A stretch of DNA of 32,000 nucleotides. It comes from Mesoplasma florum L1. GTDB lineage: Bacteria > Bacillota_I > Bacilli_A > Mycoplasmatales > Mycoplasmataceae. This document shows positions 31,529 to 32,000 of this stretch, one piece after another. The translations under genes and the position numbers were made by a program. Under the pieces are notes generated by a model. It saw only the letters and a program-made list of their open reading frames with translations. It made no database searches and was not told where the DNA came from. Positions within the stretch are counted from its first letter, which is position 1; each line of letters begins with the position of its first letter. The stretch is taken from contig NC_006055.1 of assembly GCF_000008305.1 (NCBI RefSeq), positions 720,001 through 752,000 of the forward strand, given 5' to 3'.

Positions 31529-32000
31529 TATTTCAACTCTCCTTTAAAGAATAAATTCATTAAGTCTCTAACAGAACCATATTTTTTTATTACAGCAGAT
31601 ATTTTTTTGTCAAAAAATATCCCACCATCTTTAATTATTATTATTCGATCACATAATATTTCAACTTCTTCAGGATGATGCGAAACAAGCAATAATGTTT
31701 GTTTTGATTTTTTAACGTTTTCTCTAAAAAAGTCTGTAATTTTATATTGAAGTTCCATGTCCAATCCTGTTGTTAACTCATCTAATATAACAATCTTTGG
31801 ATTATTCATAACAGAAATCATAGCATTGAATCTTTGTTTTTGACCACCTGAAAGTTTTTTTAATGGTGTTTTAATAAATTCTTTAATATCAAAAACATCA
31901 GCAATTGTATTTTCTCATTCTTTTGTAAATTTAGGATATATACTTCTATAAAAAGCTAACATATCTAATGGTGTAATTCCAGCAGGTCAATCTCCTGTTT
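31528..32000 (-). CDS. ABC transporter ATP-binding protein (N-terminal part lies right of the window)
   Basis: It has the signature LSGGQKQRF, the Walker B motif IVILDELTTGLD and the H-loop LLVSHH. Track ORF 31528-31821 extends upstream through TGA to the window edge. Confidence 0.85.

Overview
This is a strongly AT-rich chromosomal segment from a Mollicute, closest by EF-Tu sequence to the Mesoplasma/Entomoplasma/Mycoplasma mycoides group. It uses translation table 4, where TGA codes for Trp. The supplied ORF track treats TGA as a stop, so most genes appear in it as 2-5 same-frame fragments. After merging across TGA I call 31 tightly packed CDSs, 30 of them on the minus strand. I found no rRNA, tRNA, CRISPR array, IS or transposase, or phage or defence genes.

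Gene content, left to right:
- 1-7352: a beta-glucoside utilisation locus. It holds two GH1 6-phospho-beta-glucosidases flanking a ROK kinase, an RpiR regulator, and a fused PTS EIIA-EIIB-EIIC with an unusual ~210-aa C-terminal helical tail.
- 7496-7855: a small membrane protein.
- 7922-12393: the str operon (rpsL-rpsG-fusA-tuf) with a clear promoter.
- 12418-17018: uncharacterised genes surrounding cardiolipin synthase.
- 16359-24414: a long, overlap-coupled housekeeping polycistron. It carries a degenerate ABC-like protein, nrnA, tdk, prfA, prmC, a polytopic membrane protein, tsaC and a hypothetical gene.
- 24520-24798: rpmE.
- 24910-29541: a five-gene sugar island (deoC, an rpe-like epimerase, rpiR, rbsK and an orphan UlaA/SgaT-type EIIC). 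It is bracketed by two identical compact terminators and fronted by a 19-bp perfect inverted repeat that overlaps its promoter.
- 29713-32000: fba, then an ABC-2 permease and part of its ATPase.

I do not see a classical novel system. The most unusual items are the catalytically degenerate ABC/SMC-like protein with a large helical insertion, the coiled-coil tail on the PTS permease, and the terminator-bracketed sugar island with its palindromic operator. All coordinates were derived by hand translation. No database searches were run.
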